Positions 11,860 to 23,826 are shown, numbered from the stretch's first letter. The stretch: 64,000 nucleotides of DNA from Hypanus sabinus (GCF_030144855.1 NC_082711.1:60140001-60204000), one strand, 5' to 3'. Program-made: numbers and translations. Notes: generated from the letters alone by a model not told the origin.

Positions 11860-13400
11860 TAGAACATGGAAACAGCAGCAAGCCTTATGGTCCACAACAT
11901 TAAACTGCTTCTCTTCTGCTTGGGCATGATCTACAGTATATCCCTCCAGTCCCCTCATCTTCAACATCCTCTTAAATTTGCTGATCCAATTTACCACATT
12001 ATCATCCAGATCATTGATATAGATGACAAATAACCACAGACCCAGCTCTGATCCCTGTGGCACACCACTAGTCACAGGCCTCCTCTCAGAGAAGCAATCC
12101 TCCACTACCACTCTTTGGCTTCTCCCACTGAGCCAATGTCTAATCCAATTTACTACCTCACCATGTATACCTAGTGATTGAATCTTCCTAACTAACTTCT
12201 TGTCTGGAACTTTGTCAAAGGCCTTTCTGAAGTCCATTCAACATCTATCGCCTTCCCTTCATCCACTTTCCTGGTAACCTCCTCAAAAAACTCCAATAGA
12301 TTTGTTAAATATGACCTACCACGCACAAAGCCATGTTGACTCTTCCTAATAAGTCCCTGTCTATCCAAATACTTGTAGATCTTAAATCTTAGTACTCCTT
12401 CCAATAATTTACCTACTACTGACATCAAACTTACTGGCCTATAATTTCCAAGATTACTTTTAGAGCCTTTTTCAAAACAACGGAACAACATAAGTTACCC
12501 TCCAATCCTCTGGCACCTCACCCATAGATACCGACATTTTAAATATATCTGCCAGGGCCCCTGCAATTTCAACTCTAGTCTACTTCAAGGTCTGAGGGAA
12601 GACCCTGTCATGTCCTGGGGATTTATCTACTGTGATTTGCCTCAAGATAGCAAGTACCTCCTCCTCTTCAATCTGTATAGGTTCCATGACCTCGCTACTT
12701 GTTTGCCTTATTTCCATTGACTCATTTCCAGTTTCCTTAGTAAATACAGATGCAAAAAATCCATTTAAGATCTCCCCCATTTCTTTTGGTTCCATACATA
12801 GCCAGCCACTCTGATCTTCAAGAGGACCAATTTTATCCCTTACTATCCTTTTGCTCTTAATATACCTGTAGAAGCTCTTTGGATTATCCTTCACCTTGAC
12901 TGCCAATGTCTTCCTTGAGCCCTCTTGATTTCTTTCTTAAGTATTTTTTTGCACTTTTTATACTCCTCAAGCACCTTATTTGCTCTCTGTTTCCTATACA
13001 TGTCATACATCTCTCTCTTCTTCTTTATCAGCGTTCCATTATCCCTTGAGAATCAAAATTCCTTATTCTTACTCACTTTGCCTTTAATCCTGACAGGAAC
13101 ATACAAACTCTGCACTCTCAAAATTTCTCCTTTGAAGGCCTCCCACTTAGCAATCACATCCTTGTCAGAAAACAACCTGTCCCAATCCATGCTTTTTAGA
13201 TCCTTTCTCATTTCTTCAAATTTGGCCTTTTTCCAGTTTAGAATCTCAACCCGAGGACCAGATCTATCTTTATCCATGATCAAGTGGATCTCAAGATGTG
13301 GCCTAAGTAATGTTTTAGATAGCTGCAGTATAACTTCCTGACTCTTATACTCAATGTGCTGATCAACAAAGAGAAGCATACCATATGCCTTCTTTACCAA
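11860..13400 (-). mobile_element. CR1 LINE: younger internal ORF2 segment (~11975-13285) embedded in an older CR1 3' remnant
   Basis: ORFs give [42 protein letters not shown] and SGVPQGSELG. Flanks give KKAYGMLLF...LRPHLE and RML..RGLEGY. Confidence 0.9.
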
Positions 13401-13489
13401 TGAGGGTGCAAATGGAGGAGGAGAGTTGTGGACTGAAATAAGGCCTTGGCAAGCAGTTGCAGAGTTTAGGGCAGAAATAAAATTCCACA

Positions 13490-14801
13490 AAAGGTAGTGG
13501 ATACAGCCTAGTCCATCACAGATAAAACCCTCCCCACCATTGAGAACATAACCACAGAGCACTGTTGCATGAAAGCAGCATCCATCATCAGGGACCCCCA
13601 CCACCCAGGTCATGCTTTCTTCTCCCTGCTGCATCAAAAAGAAGATACAAGAGCCTTGGGATCCACACTACCAGGTTCAGGAACAATTATTACCCCTCAA
13701 CCATCAGGCTCTTGTACAGAGAAGATAATTTCACTCAACTTCACTCATCCCATCACTGATCTGTTCCCATAACCTATGGACTCACCGTCAAGGACTCTTT
13801 ATCTCATGTTCTTGATATTTATAGCTTATTTATTTTTTATTATTATAATTTCTTTTTTGCTTCTTTTGTATTTGAACAATTTGTTGTCTTTTGCACATTA
13901 GTTGTTGGTCTGTCCTGTTGGGTGTGGTCTTTCATTGATTCTATTATGTTTCTTGGATTCATTGTGCCAGCAAGATGAAGGAATTGGTCGTTGACTTCAG
14001 AAGGAGTAGTGGACCGCACAACCCCATCTACATCAGTGGTGCACAGGGGGAACAGGTCAAAAGCTTTAAGTTCCTTGGGGTGAATATCACCAATAACCTG
14101 ACTTGGTCTAACCAAGCAGAGTCCACTGCCAAGAAGGCCCACCAGAAAGCTGAAGAAATTTGGCCTGTCCCCGAAAACCCTCACTAATTTTTATAGGTGC
14201 ACCGTAGAAAGCATTCTTCTAGGGTGCACCACAACCTGGTATGGAAGTTGTCCTGTCCAAGACTGGAAGAAGCTGCAGAAGATCGTGAACATAGCCCAGC
14301 ACATCACACAAACCAATCTTCCATCCTTGGACTCACTTTACACTGCACGCTGTCAGAGCAGTGCTGCCAGGATAATCAAGGACACGACCCACCTAGCCAA
14401 CACAGTTTTTGTCCCTCTTCCCTCCGGGAGAAGGTTCAGAGCTTGAAAATTTGTATGGCCAGATTTGGGAACAGCTTCTTTCTAACTGTGGTAAGACTGC
14501 TGAATGGATCCTGACCCGGATCTGGGCCGGACCTTCCAAATATCTGGACCTGACTTGAACTACCTTACTTTCCCTTTTCTATTTTCTAATTATGCTTCAT
14601 AATTTAAATTTTTATTATATTTACTTTGATTTGTACTTCAGGGAGCGCGAAGTGCAGAATCAAATATTGCTGTGATGATTGTACACTCTAGTATCAGTTG
14701 TTTGGTGACAAAAAAGTAAAGTATGCCCAAAGGAAAACAAATCTCAGGGTTGTATATGGTGACGTATATTTACTTTGATAATAAATTTACCTTCAACTTT
14801 G
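13490..14801 (+). mobile_element. Rex-Babar 3' fragment with a younger Rex-Babar (~13970-14722) nested in its 3'UTR
   Basis: KAASIIRDPHHPGHAFFSLL in the old copy; KELVVDFRR...FKFLGVNITNNLTWS in the young copy. The old tail resumes at ~14723 (atgccc...aatctcagggttgtatatgg...ctttg). Confidence 0.85.
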
Positions 14802-15058
14802 AATAAGCAGCTGAGGTGGGATGTATTATAGACATATGGATGTGTAATAAGATCTTCAGGCAAGCAAACCCAGGCATGGAGTAAACGCCAGACTCAAAGG
14901 TAGGAAGTAATGATGAGGATTCATTCAAAGAATGTAACAGAGGAATAACTAATGACTCAGAGCGTACTTCCTTGAGAGGACCAGAGTACACAGAATGCTA
15001 GATTACTTGGAACCCAAATTCAGGACTCAGCAATGAACGCTAGTGGTGATGGACTAAG

Positions 15059-15273
15059 TGTAGTGAACTACATATACCTGTCTGGACACGCCCCTGCTGA
15101 CTGCTCCTGTGGCTCCCCCCACAGACCCCGGTATAAAGGTGATCGCGGCCTGAGCCCGGCCTTTCAGTCTACAGGATGTAGTATGGTGGTCACTCACTGT
15201 TTGTTCCTTCTTCCAGTCAATAAAAGCCGATATCTCGCCTTACGTCTCAGAGTGAGTTATTGATGGTGCATCA
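15059..15273 (+). mobile_element. Solo LTR (215 bp) with 5-bp TSD
   Basis: TG...CA termini, exact ctaag duplication at 15054-15058 and 15274-15278, TATAAA at ~15132, AATAAA at ~15219. Confidence 0.9.
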
Positions 15274-15939
15274 CTAAGTTAGTGTATATTGCATGGGCAC
15301 CCATGTGTATCAAAATCAAAACTCAAAAATCTAAAAACAGGTTGCACGAAGAACCTGCATTCAAAAAGCAAGTGGCACGATAAACACAATGAAACTGTAA
15401 TGACAAACCAGTCACGTAACAATCTCTAGTAAAAACAAAACAATGATGTTCAGGTGCGTCTGTACACTGAGGCCTGATGCTCTCCAGCACCCTGCGCTGT
15501 TGCAAAGAGCTCAAGACAGGGTGCATGGCAATGGAGGACGAGTATTTTAAACTGAGAGCAAAATAGGTTCGAGAGATTGCAAAATAGCAAAGAGTGGCTG
15601 AAGAGTGGGGGATGTGAAGCAGCTCAAAGCCATTAGATTCATCAAAAATATGGAAGACAAATATTAGCCTTTTTCTTTTTTTCTACAAAGATTGAATACA
15701 CTTTCTGCTAATTTTTATCCCGATCAATATTTCTGCCAAAGTGAAAAAGCCCAAAATATCAGGGCCAGTGTGCTCAGTGATTCCAGTCATGGTTCACTTT
15801 ATTCAACATCCAACTGCTCTTTATAACTAATCAATAACCCTTCAAAAGTAATCAACAATTGCTTCAAGACCTTGGCCTCAATACCTCCTTGTGCAATTGT
15901 ATCCTCCGTTTCTTGTCTTGCAGTCCCCATTAGTTTGGA

Positions 15940-16996
15940 CTGGGAACAATACCTCTTCCACAATCTCCACAAGTTTGTGTGCTTAGCACCTTGTCTCATT
16001 TGCTTCATACTTATGACTGTGTGGCTAAGCACAGCTCCAATGCCATACTTACATTTGCTGATGATACCACTATCGGAGGCCGAATCAAAGGTGGTGATGA
16101 ATCAGCATATAGGAGAGAGACTGAAAATCTGGATGAGTGGTACCACAACAACAACCTCTTACTCAATGTCAGCAAGACCAAGGAGTTGATTATTGACTCA
16201 GGAGAAGGAAATCATTGGTTCATGAGCCAGTTCTCATTAGGTGATCAGAGATGGAGAAGGTCAACAACTTTAAATTCCTGTGTTATTTCAGAAAACCTGT
16301 CCTGAACCCAGCAGGAAGAAAGTATGTTTGTGCCTCTACTTCCTTAAAAGCTTGTGAAGATTTGGCATAACCTCTAAAACTTCTATAGTTGTTTGGTGGA
16401 GAGTATATTGACTGACTGTATCACAGCCTGGTATGAAAACACTAATGTCCTTTAATGGAAAATTGGTCTAAAACTAATTAATACAGCACAGTCCATCACA
16501 GATAAAGCCCTCAAAGATTGAGCTCATCTACACAAAGCACTGTTGCAGGAAAACAGCGTCCATCATCAAGGACACCCACCACTCAGGCAATGCTCTCTTC
16601 TTGCTGGTGCCATCAAAAAGAAGGTACAGGAGTTTTAGGACTCACACCACCAGGTTTATGAACAGTTATCCCTCAGCCATCAAGCTCTTGAACCAGAGGG
16701 GATAACTTCACTTGCTTCATCACTAAAATGTTCCCCCAGTCTATTGACTCACTTTTAAGGACTCTTCATGTGATGTTCTCGATAGTTACTGTTTATTTAT
16801 TTATTATTATTATTTATTTCTTTTTGTGTTTTGCACTCTGGTTGAACACCCACATTGGTCAAATGCTTCATTGATTCTATTATGGTTATTACTCCATGAA
16901 GGATTTATTGAGTATGCCCACAAGAGAATTAATTTCAGGGTTGTATATGGTGACATTTATGTACTTTGATAATAAACCTACTTTGAACTTTGAACT
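15940..16996 (+). mobile_element. Rex-Babar LINE 3' half
   Basis: HTYDCVAKHSSNAILTFADDTTIGGRI...NNLLLNVSKTKELI, followed by the typical tail ending ctttgaactttgaactt. Confidence 0.9.
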
Positions 16997-17459
16997 TCAT
17001 TATCGATAAAGATCTGCAGAGAGAAGCAATAATCTGGGTAATTTAATAACTTCACAAAATGAAAGTGAGATCATGTTAAACCCTGGAAGAGAAAATTCAT
17101 GTTCCTGAAGAACATTTTCCAAGCTGTCTAGGGAAGTGCAAATTAAGACGACTCTCCACATACCCCTTTGTACTACAAGCTGAATAATTACCCAGCAGGA
17201 AAATAATTGCCATGTCTGCTGGCTTCCAAAATGCAAGCCAAAAACTGTTGATTTATATCCCCATTTAAAGGTTCATTTTCCTAACAATTCTTTAGTCTCA
17301 AAATGACCAGTTAGTGTAGTTTACAAAAACAACCCTATTGCTGGGTTGTTAGCAGAGAAACTGACGAGGACTGTTAGTAACACTGACAAGTCACAAGTGA
17401 CCATTGCCATGTTGCATTTAATCTTTTAAATAAAATGTTCAAAATAACTTTGTTTTGTT

Positions 17460-17700
17460 TATCATGCTTTTTCAAGACCCTGGGAGTCCTCAAGCCCTTT
17501 ACATTTGGAATCGAGCCTCTGTCATAACATAGGAAACATGGAAGCTGGTTTGTGCCCAGAAATATTCCATGATTAGCGACGTGATGAACTCCGGATGAGT
17601 GATTTATTTTGGTGTGTTGATTGAAATGTAATTACTGGTCAGCAGGCCTGGGGTACTTCCCCACTCTTTTCCATCAAATGCCCTGAGCCATTTATCAGCA
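17460..17700 (-). mobile_element. Ancient Deu-domain SINE (SacSINE/AmnSINE-like), degenerate
   Basis: taggaaacatggaagctggtttgtgcccag...tgttgattgaaatgtaattactggtcag...ggggtacttccccactcttt resembles the reverse complement of the recalled Deu-SINE consensus. Confidence 0.55.
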
Positions 17701-19807
17701 TAATGAAACTGAAAGTTGAACAAAAACCATTAAAAAATAAGATTGTGCATTTTAAAGAATATTTGTATCACCATCCAGGAGGCTTTGGAATGTCACGTCA
17801 CTGTTGTGCCACTGTACCAGCATGTCAGCATAAAGTTCTTTGGTGAGAACTTGAGCCAATAACTTTTTGATGCAAGGGTCAAGGAAAACAAACTGTGGCA
17901 CGCTAACATCATAAGTGCACAGGATATGGGGAATAGAGGAAGAAATTGTAAGCTCAATAGTGACTTGAAATTCAATAATTTATGAGAGTAAATGTTTTTG
18001 AATGGTGTAGCATAGGGAATCACAGCGAGTATACGTTGTGTGTGAAGATGATCTAGAGAAGCTAGGTAGGCACACAAGGGAGAAAGTAAACAGAGGATAT
18101 GCTGTGGAATGGCTGGAAACTACAGTGGCGTATAAAGACTGAAACAAGCATAGGAATAGCGCAGCAAGTGGGAAGAAAACTGTCAAGAATTCATTAAGAA
18201 GATCCAGTGGGAAGGGTAGATGGAGGCAGGTTAAAGAGGGCTGGCAGGCATTTTAATGCGAGGAACCTTGTATGTAAATCAGATCAGTTTACAGCATGGA
18301 TCAGCACTGGAATTATGAGATTATTGCAAGCATGGGAACATGGGCAAGCAGTTTAATGATCTGGGTGCAGGAGGCTTAGATTTGAGAGCGGGGAGTTCAA
18401 ACAGGGAAGGGGAGGCCAGTTTCTGCTTAGGAAGTACAGAATGCTAGTACTTCGATTGCTGATCCTCTAGAGATGATCAACAGGGACGGGAGAAGTACCA
18501 AAGGGTTGGAAGGTTGCAAATGTTGTTCCCTTGTTCAAGAAAGGGAGTAGAGATAACCCAGGAAATTATAGACCAGTGAGTACTGAGTGATTTTACCATT
18601 CACAATATTGACTGGGATTGCGATAATGCAAAGGATTTATATGGGATGAAATTTGTTAAACGTGTCCAAGAAAGCTTCTGTAAGACAATATGCAGAGAAT
18701 CCTTTTAGAGGCTCAAACTTATCTGAGGAAATGAAATCAGACAGGTGATGGAAGGGTCAGTAAGGGAACACTTTGGGAACCGTGCCCAAGTTTTACAGTA
18801 GTTATGGAAAGGGATAAGGTTGGTTCTCAAGTTAATATCTTGAATTGGGTGATGGCCTTATTTATCAAAGAGTGAAAAACATGAAAAATAGTGAGTTCAG
18901 TGATGATAATATGAATAATCTGAAGCAGGTCAGTTTAGGAAAGAGGAGGTGTCAGATAAAGTTTGATAAATCATCATGATCGAAGGAGTTCTATTGCAGG
19001 TAGCTATGGGTAGAAAGAAAAGAGAAAACTGGGCCCTGTAGGAGACTTTTACATCTTCGTTAGTTACAGCTGAAGTGACAGAAGACTAAAAGATAGCTAA
19101 TGTTATTCCATTTAGTAAGAAGGGCTTCAGGAAACCATAGGTCACTAGCCCTTACATCAGTGGTACAGAAGTTATGAAAAGTCTATATTTATATTTAACA
19201 AGGCCAGGGGTGATCAAGGATCATATATATGGCAAGTTTCTGCAAGATAAATCTAGCATCACTGATTTGACTGAGTTTTTGAAAAAGTAACCAAATAGAT
19301 TAACATAGGCAGGGTGGTAGATAATGTCTATATGGACTTCAGTGAGTCATTGATAAAGTACTGCAAGGTAGGTTGGTGCATGTGGGATCCAAGCATGCTA
19401 GCTAATTGAATCCAAAGCTGGCTTGGTGGTAGGATGAAAGGAAGAATAATAGAAGAAGTATTCTTCCCTGATAGGAATTCTGTGAGCAGGGATTGCAGCT
19501 GAGAAGCTTGTTGTGTGTGATACAAATTAAAAACTTGGGATACAAAGTGTGACAAGTAAATTTATGGATGACATGAGAGTTAGTAGTGTGGATAGTGAGG
19601 AAAGTTGCCACAGGTACAGTAATATATGAATCTGATGGAAAGCTGGACGGAGTGATGGCAGATGGAATTTAATCGCAACAAGTATGAGGTGATGCATTTT
19701 GGGAAGCCAGATTGGGGAAGAACATTTATGGTAAATGGTAAAGCACTAAAGAATGTTGGTAAACAGAGGAATCTTAGGGTAGGATTCACAAATCCTTACT
19801 CCGCTAA

Positions 19808-20699
19808 GGCTACATCCACACTAGACCAGATAATTTTGAAAACGCCGGTTTCCCGTGAAAATGATAGGCGTCCATACTATGCGTTTTTGAAAATATCTCT
19901 ATCCACACTGAAACGGAGATTTCGGTGAATCTCCTCCTGCTGCGCATGCGCAGGACACATCTATTGAAAACAATCGACATGTTTGGTGTCGAATCTCGCC
20001 GTAAAAGTGCGTGTTTGTGTAGTTACAGACTAGAAAAACTTAAAACGATGGACAGCTGTTGGCTTTTGCGCAGAACTTAAAAGTAAAAAAAAACAAATAC
20101 TGGAGCGTACGGAGGCAACTGACAGGGAGTTCATGGACAGTATGACCTGGCTGACGATGAACATTGAAAAACTTACTAATCCTGTTGCATTAATAAAGCA
20201 CCTTGTTAAATGTATGAATGTTTTAATGTCTGCATCAGTGTTATCTTGTATTTCCATACAATGCTACATTAGGCTGTTACACATCTATTGTCAGAGAAGT
20301 ACTTGCATAAATAGGTAAACCACCTTCATACGAGCAAGGACAGAAAACAGGGCAAAGTGAGTATATTTATTCAGTAAGTTATGGGTCGAAGTATTTGGTG
20401 AGTATGTTTCTAACTCTTCTAGCTTCAGTCTCATTTCCGTTGGTTCTGAAATTGTTAAGTTGCGTTCAAGAAAACAATGAAATAGTGTGCTGCTGTCTGA
20501 TAGCATTTTCAGAAGTCTCCAGTTACCCCATCCACACTGATCTGCCCGAGCAGTGCTTTCAAAAATACCCACCCTGGAAAGTGTTTCTGAAAAGCTCTGG
20601 TTTCGGGGGACAAAAACTCTGTTTTAGTGTGGACGGAGGGTAAAAATGAAGAGAAAAAACTTTGGTTATGGATTTATCCAGCGTAGTGTGGACGTAGCC
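19808..20699. mobile_element. PIF/Harbinger non-autonomous DNA transposon (892 bp)
   Basis: TIRs ggctacatccacacta / tagtgtggacgtagcc; TAA duplication at 19805-19807 and 20700-20702; subterminal tccacact repeats. Confidence 0.9.
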
Positions 20700-20751
20700 T
20701 AAGAGTAGTAATACAAGTAGATAAGGTGGAATATTGGTAATTGGTTTATTA

Positions 20752-20880
20752 ATAGGCATCTGTTAGTCTCAAGAGACCATGGATTTGCGCCTTGGAAAGT
20801 TTACAGGGCACAGGCCTGGGCAGGGTTGTATGGGAGACCAGCAGTTGCCCAAGCTGCAAGCCTTCCCTCTTCATGCCACT
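20752..20880 (-). mobile_element. 3' fragment of the SINE family seen at 31985-32280
   Basis: Its reverse complement matches cttgcccaggcttgtgccctggaaactttccaaggtgcaaat.catggtct..cgagactaac. Confidence 0.75.
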
Positions 20881-21245
20881 GTTTATTATTGTCACATATA
20901 CTGAAGTACAGTGAAAACTGTTGTTTCCAAGCCATCCATTCATTGCGTACCTATGGTTTTAAAGTTCACTGAGCTAGTATAAAAGGAAAACAATAACAGA
21001 ATGCTGAATATAGTGTTACCTTTAGGGAGAAAATACAGTGCAGGCAGACAAATAAAAAGCAAGGACTATGAAGAGGTATATATAAAGATCAAAAAAAATC
21101 ATCTGTATCAAATGACAGGCCTGTTCAAGAATTTTAAAACAAAGGGATAGAAGCTGTTCTTGAGACTGGAGGTATGTGTTGTCAAGCTTTGGTGTTTTCT
21201 GCCCAGTGGAAGTTGGATGAAGAGAGAATGACCAGCTGGGAGAGC
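20881..21245 (-). mobile_element. Rex-Babar LINE 3' end
   Basis: Homologous to 2820-3070; extends into gggatagaagctgttcttgag...ttttctgcccagtggaag (C-terminal ...LKNSFYP). Confidence 0.65.
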
Positions 21246-21739
21246 TCCTTTTGAAAACACTGGTCAGGCCACACTTGGAGTATTGTGTTTAGTTCTGATC
21301 ACTGCACAGTCAGAAGGATTTGATTGTGCTGGAGAGAGTGCTGGGGGAATTCACCTGGATTCTGCTTGGATTGGAGGACTTTAGTTATAGGAAAAAAATA
21401 GGATAGGGTGCACTTGTTTTCTCTGGAGCACAGGAGGCTGAGGTATACCTGATCGAAGTGTATAAAGTTATAAGAAGCATGGTATGGGTATTTAAAACAA
21501 AAGAGGTGAGAGAAAGGAGCTTTAAGGGGTATTTGAGTGTAAAGTTTTTACAAAGAGAGTGATTAATATCTGGAACATTGCTAGATGAGATGGAATGGAA
21601 TCAAATATAATCACCGTTTAAGAGACATCTAGACAGTCATCTAAAGAGACAAGATGTAGAAGGTATTGGGCAAATGGATCTGCATATACGTGATGGACCA
21701 GAGAACCTGTTGTTGCATAGTTACTCCGTTACTCTCTGC

Positions 21740-22025
21740 TTGTTGAGTCAAATGGCCATTTTGTGTGTTATACTATAGTTATAAATCTGCTGAAATAATG
21801 TATGCATATTTCTGCTAGACCTCTGCAAAAATCCTCTGCAATCAGTACACAGATGATCAGATTCTTACTGCTACTGGCACCCCCCACCACCATCCAGAAT
21901 GAGTATATGCGCAGGAGTTTATCATGTGTTGCGTCAGAAGTAGATGTAAAGGAAATCCTTTGTGTTTAAAGGCAAGCAGATACTGTAGTTGCCCAGAAGT
22001 TGGTGGAGACAAGTTATTGAAATAA
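21740..22025 (+). mobile_element. Possible Ginger/KRBA2-like transposase C-terminal remnant (Cys-rich motif)
   Basis: Frames give LDLCKN..., SRMSICAG and SFIMCCVRSRCKGNPLCLKASRYCSC, resembling the FDLC...GQGF.KC.C...C....C.C.K....C end of Ginger-type transposases. Confidence 0.35.
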
Positions 22026-22799
22026 AAGAATAAAATAAATATAAATATTATATGAAGATAAGTGATTCTAATCTGCTTGTGATTTCCAGTAGTTGTGGGA
22101 ATTAATGCAAAGATACTATATATTTCTGAAGCATTTAATTTCTTATGTTATAACATAATCCAATATATTTATTACCCAAAAAGTTCTGAAGAACTAAGTA
22201 TCAGGTTAATTCCATTAGTATTTAATTTTTTTTTCTAGCATCGTCAAGGGATGTTGAGACCATGGTAAAGAAAACAAAAGAGGCATATATCAGATATAGG
22301 TGCTTAAGGATCATAAGAAATGTAAGAGAAAACAAGAGAGAAACCAGGATGGTTAAAAGAGGACGTGAGGTTTCTCTGGCAGCTTCATGTTGAAACAAAA
22401 TTCTAAGGGCTTTGATTGTTACTTTAAAAGCAAAATGATAGCAAGGGACAAAATTAGTCCCCTTGAAGGTCAGTGTGATCTGGAGCTGAAGGAAACAGAG
22501 GAAATGTTAAATGATTTTTAACACCTGTATTTACTCAGTAGACAGACCCAGAGTCTGCAGAAGTGAGGGAGAAGAGCAGTGAGTGTAGCCAGTTACAGAA
22601 AAGGAGGTGCTTACAGCACTGAGGTGAATTAGTGTGGATGTATACCCAGGGCCTGATGAGGTGTCGCCTGGAGCCTTGATGAGGGAGATGGGGGCAGAAA
22701 TTGGATAGCAGAGATATTTGAAACGCCCTTAGCCACAGGTGAGCCTGATGCCAATCATGGGTAAGTTATTGGAAGGGATTATAAGGGACAGGATACATA

Positions 22800-23125
22800 C
22801 GAGGGGTGATTGATAAGTTGGTGGCCTAAGCTAGAAGGATTCAATTTTAGAAAACCTAGCACATTTATTTTTCAACATAGTCCTCTCCTACATCTACACA
22901 CAGTCCAGCAGTTGTGGAGCATACGGATCTTGGACCTCCAGAAAGTGCTCGACAGCAGGGATGATTGATAAGTTTGTGGCCTAAGGTAGAAGGAGATGAG
23001 TCATACAGCTCTCGTTACATGCACTTGCAGTTCAACTCTTTGAGTGATTATGCAGAAAGTTTGAAGTTAATAACTCATCGGGGTGATTGATAAGTTTGTG
23101 GCCTAAGGTAGAAGGAGGTGAGTAT
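22800..23125 (+). mobile_element. Mariner-derived left end with three direct copies of the TIR
   Basis: TA|cgaggggtgattgataagt at 22800. The ~40-bp unit ggggtgattgataagtttgtggcctaaggtagaagga recurs at ~22956 and ~23079. Confidence 0.7.
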
Positions 23126-23127
23126 AA

Positions 23128-23158
23128 CAAGCTGCGACAGACCGCTGGGACTTTCAGG

Positions 23159-23197
<39 letters not shown>

Positions 23198-23826
23198 GGT
23201 TTTGGGCGCAAGCTGCTGGTAGCAGCTGCTGCTGCTGGCTTGCTGTGACAATGGGTAAAGTCTCATACTTTCCCGTGCCCAAAGGATTGGGTTAATTAAT
23301 GGCACACAGTGCACATTGGATGTGTGACTGCCACTTCATATGATCCATATCCAGATTTTGTTGGAGTATCCTGTGGCAACCATTTTTGTTAACCCTTACC
23401 TGGTTTTGGGTATGTTATGTGGTAACCACTTGTGCTAGGAAATACTCTGTGACTGTCAGCTTGTGATATTTCTACGTGGATTTTGGGATGACTCGATGGA
23501 TAAGATCTTCAGTGACTGTAACTTCGTTTTCCCAGCGTGGAACCTGTGGTATTCTTTGTGATCGCCTCCTCTCTACATTTTAACGTGGATTTACCAGTCC
23601 CTCCCCTCACTTATTCTGTGGATCACTGGACCTTTCTAGTTTGCCATCTTAAGACTTTAAGAACTGTTCCTAAGCTTGACAGTTTGGGAGCCACACACAC
23701 ATAACACTGTTAACTTCTGTTTATTTCACTTAATTTTCTATATTTTTGAGCAGATACTAATAAATGTAGTGGTTCTAACATTAAAACCTGACTCAATTTG
23801 TGATCTATTGCTGCTGGTACGTAACA
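23128..23826 (+). mobile_element. 5'-truncated LTR with internal (GA)n microsatellite
   Basis: Ends ...ctaataaatg...tgctggtacgtaaca like the solo LTRs at 33162 and 44584; (GA)n at ~23163-23192. Confidence 0.7.

Larger units (their letters stand above)
18245..21720 (+). mobile_element. Old fragmented CR1 LINE carrying nested insertions
   Basis: APE start (ttttaatgcgaggaacc), RT remnants, MEFNRNKYEVMHFGKP, LVRPHLEYCV..., and the 3' tail. Interrupted by Harbinger, SINE and Rex pieces. Confidence 0.8.

Noticed and set aside
15440-15482. C/D snoRNA-like atgatg...ctga
   Set aside because: The C box is imperfect, the segment is too short, and there is no terminal stem.
17328-17350. 8-bp hairpin aacaaccc/gggttgtt
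   Set aside because: It is short and isolated, as expected by chance in 64 kb.
22800-23125. CRISPR-like repeat-spacer pattern
   Set aside because: The context is vertebrate, the spacers are long and unequal, there are no cas genes, and the repeat starts with TA plus a mariner-type TIR.
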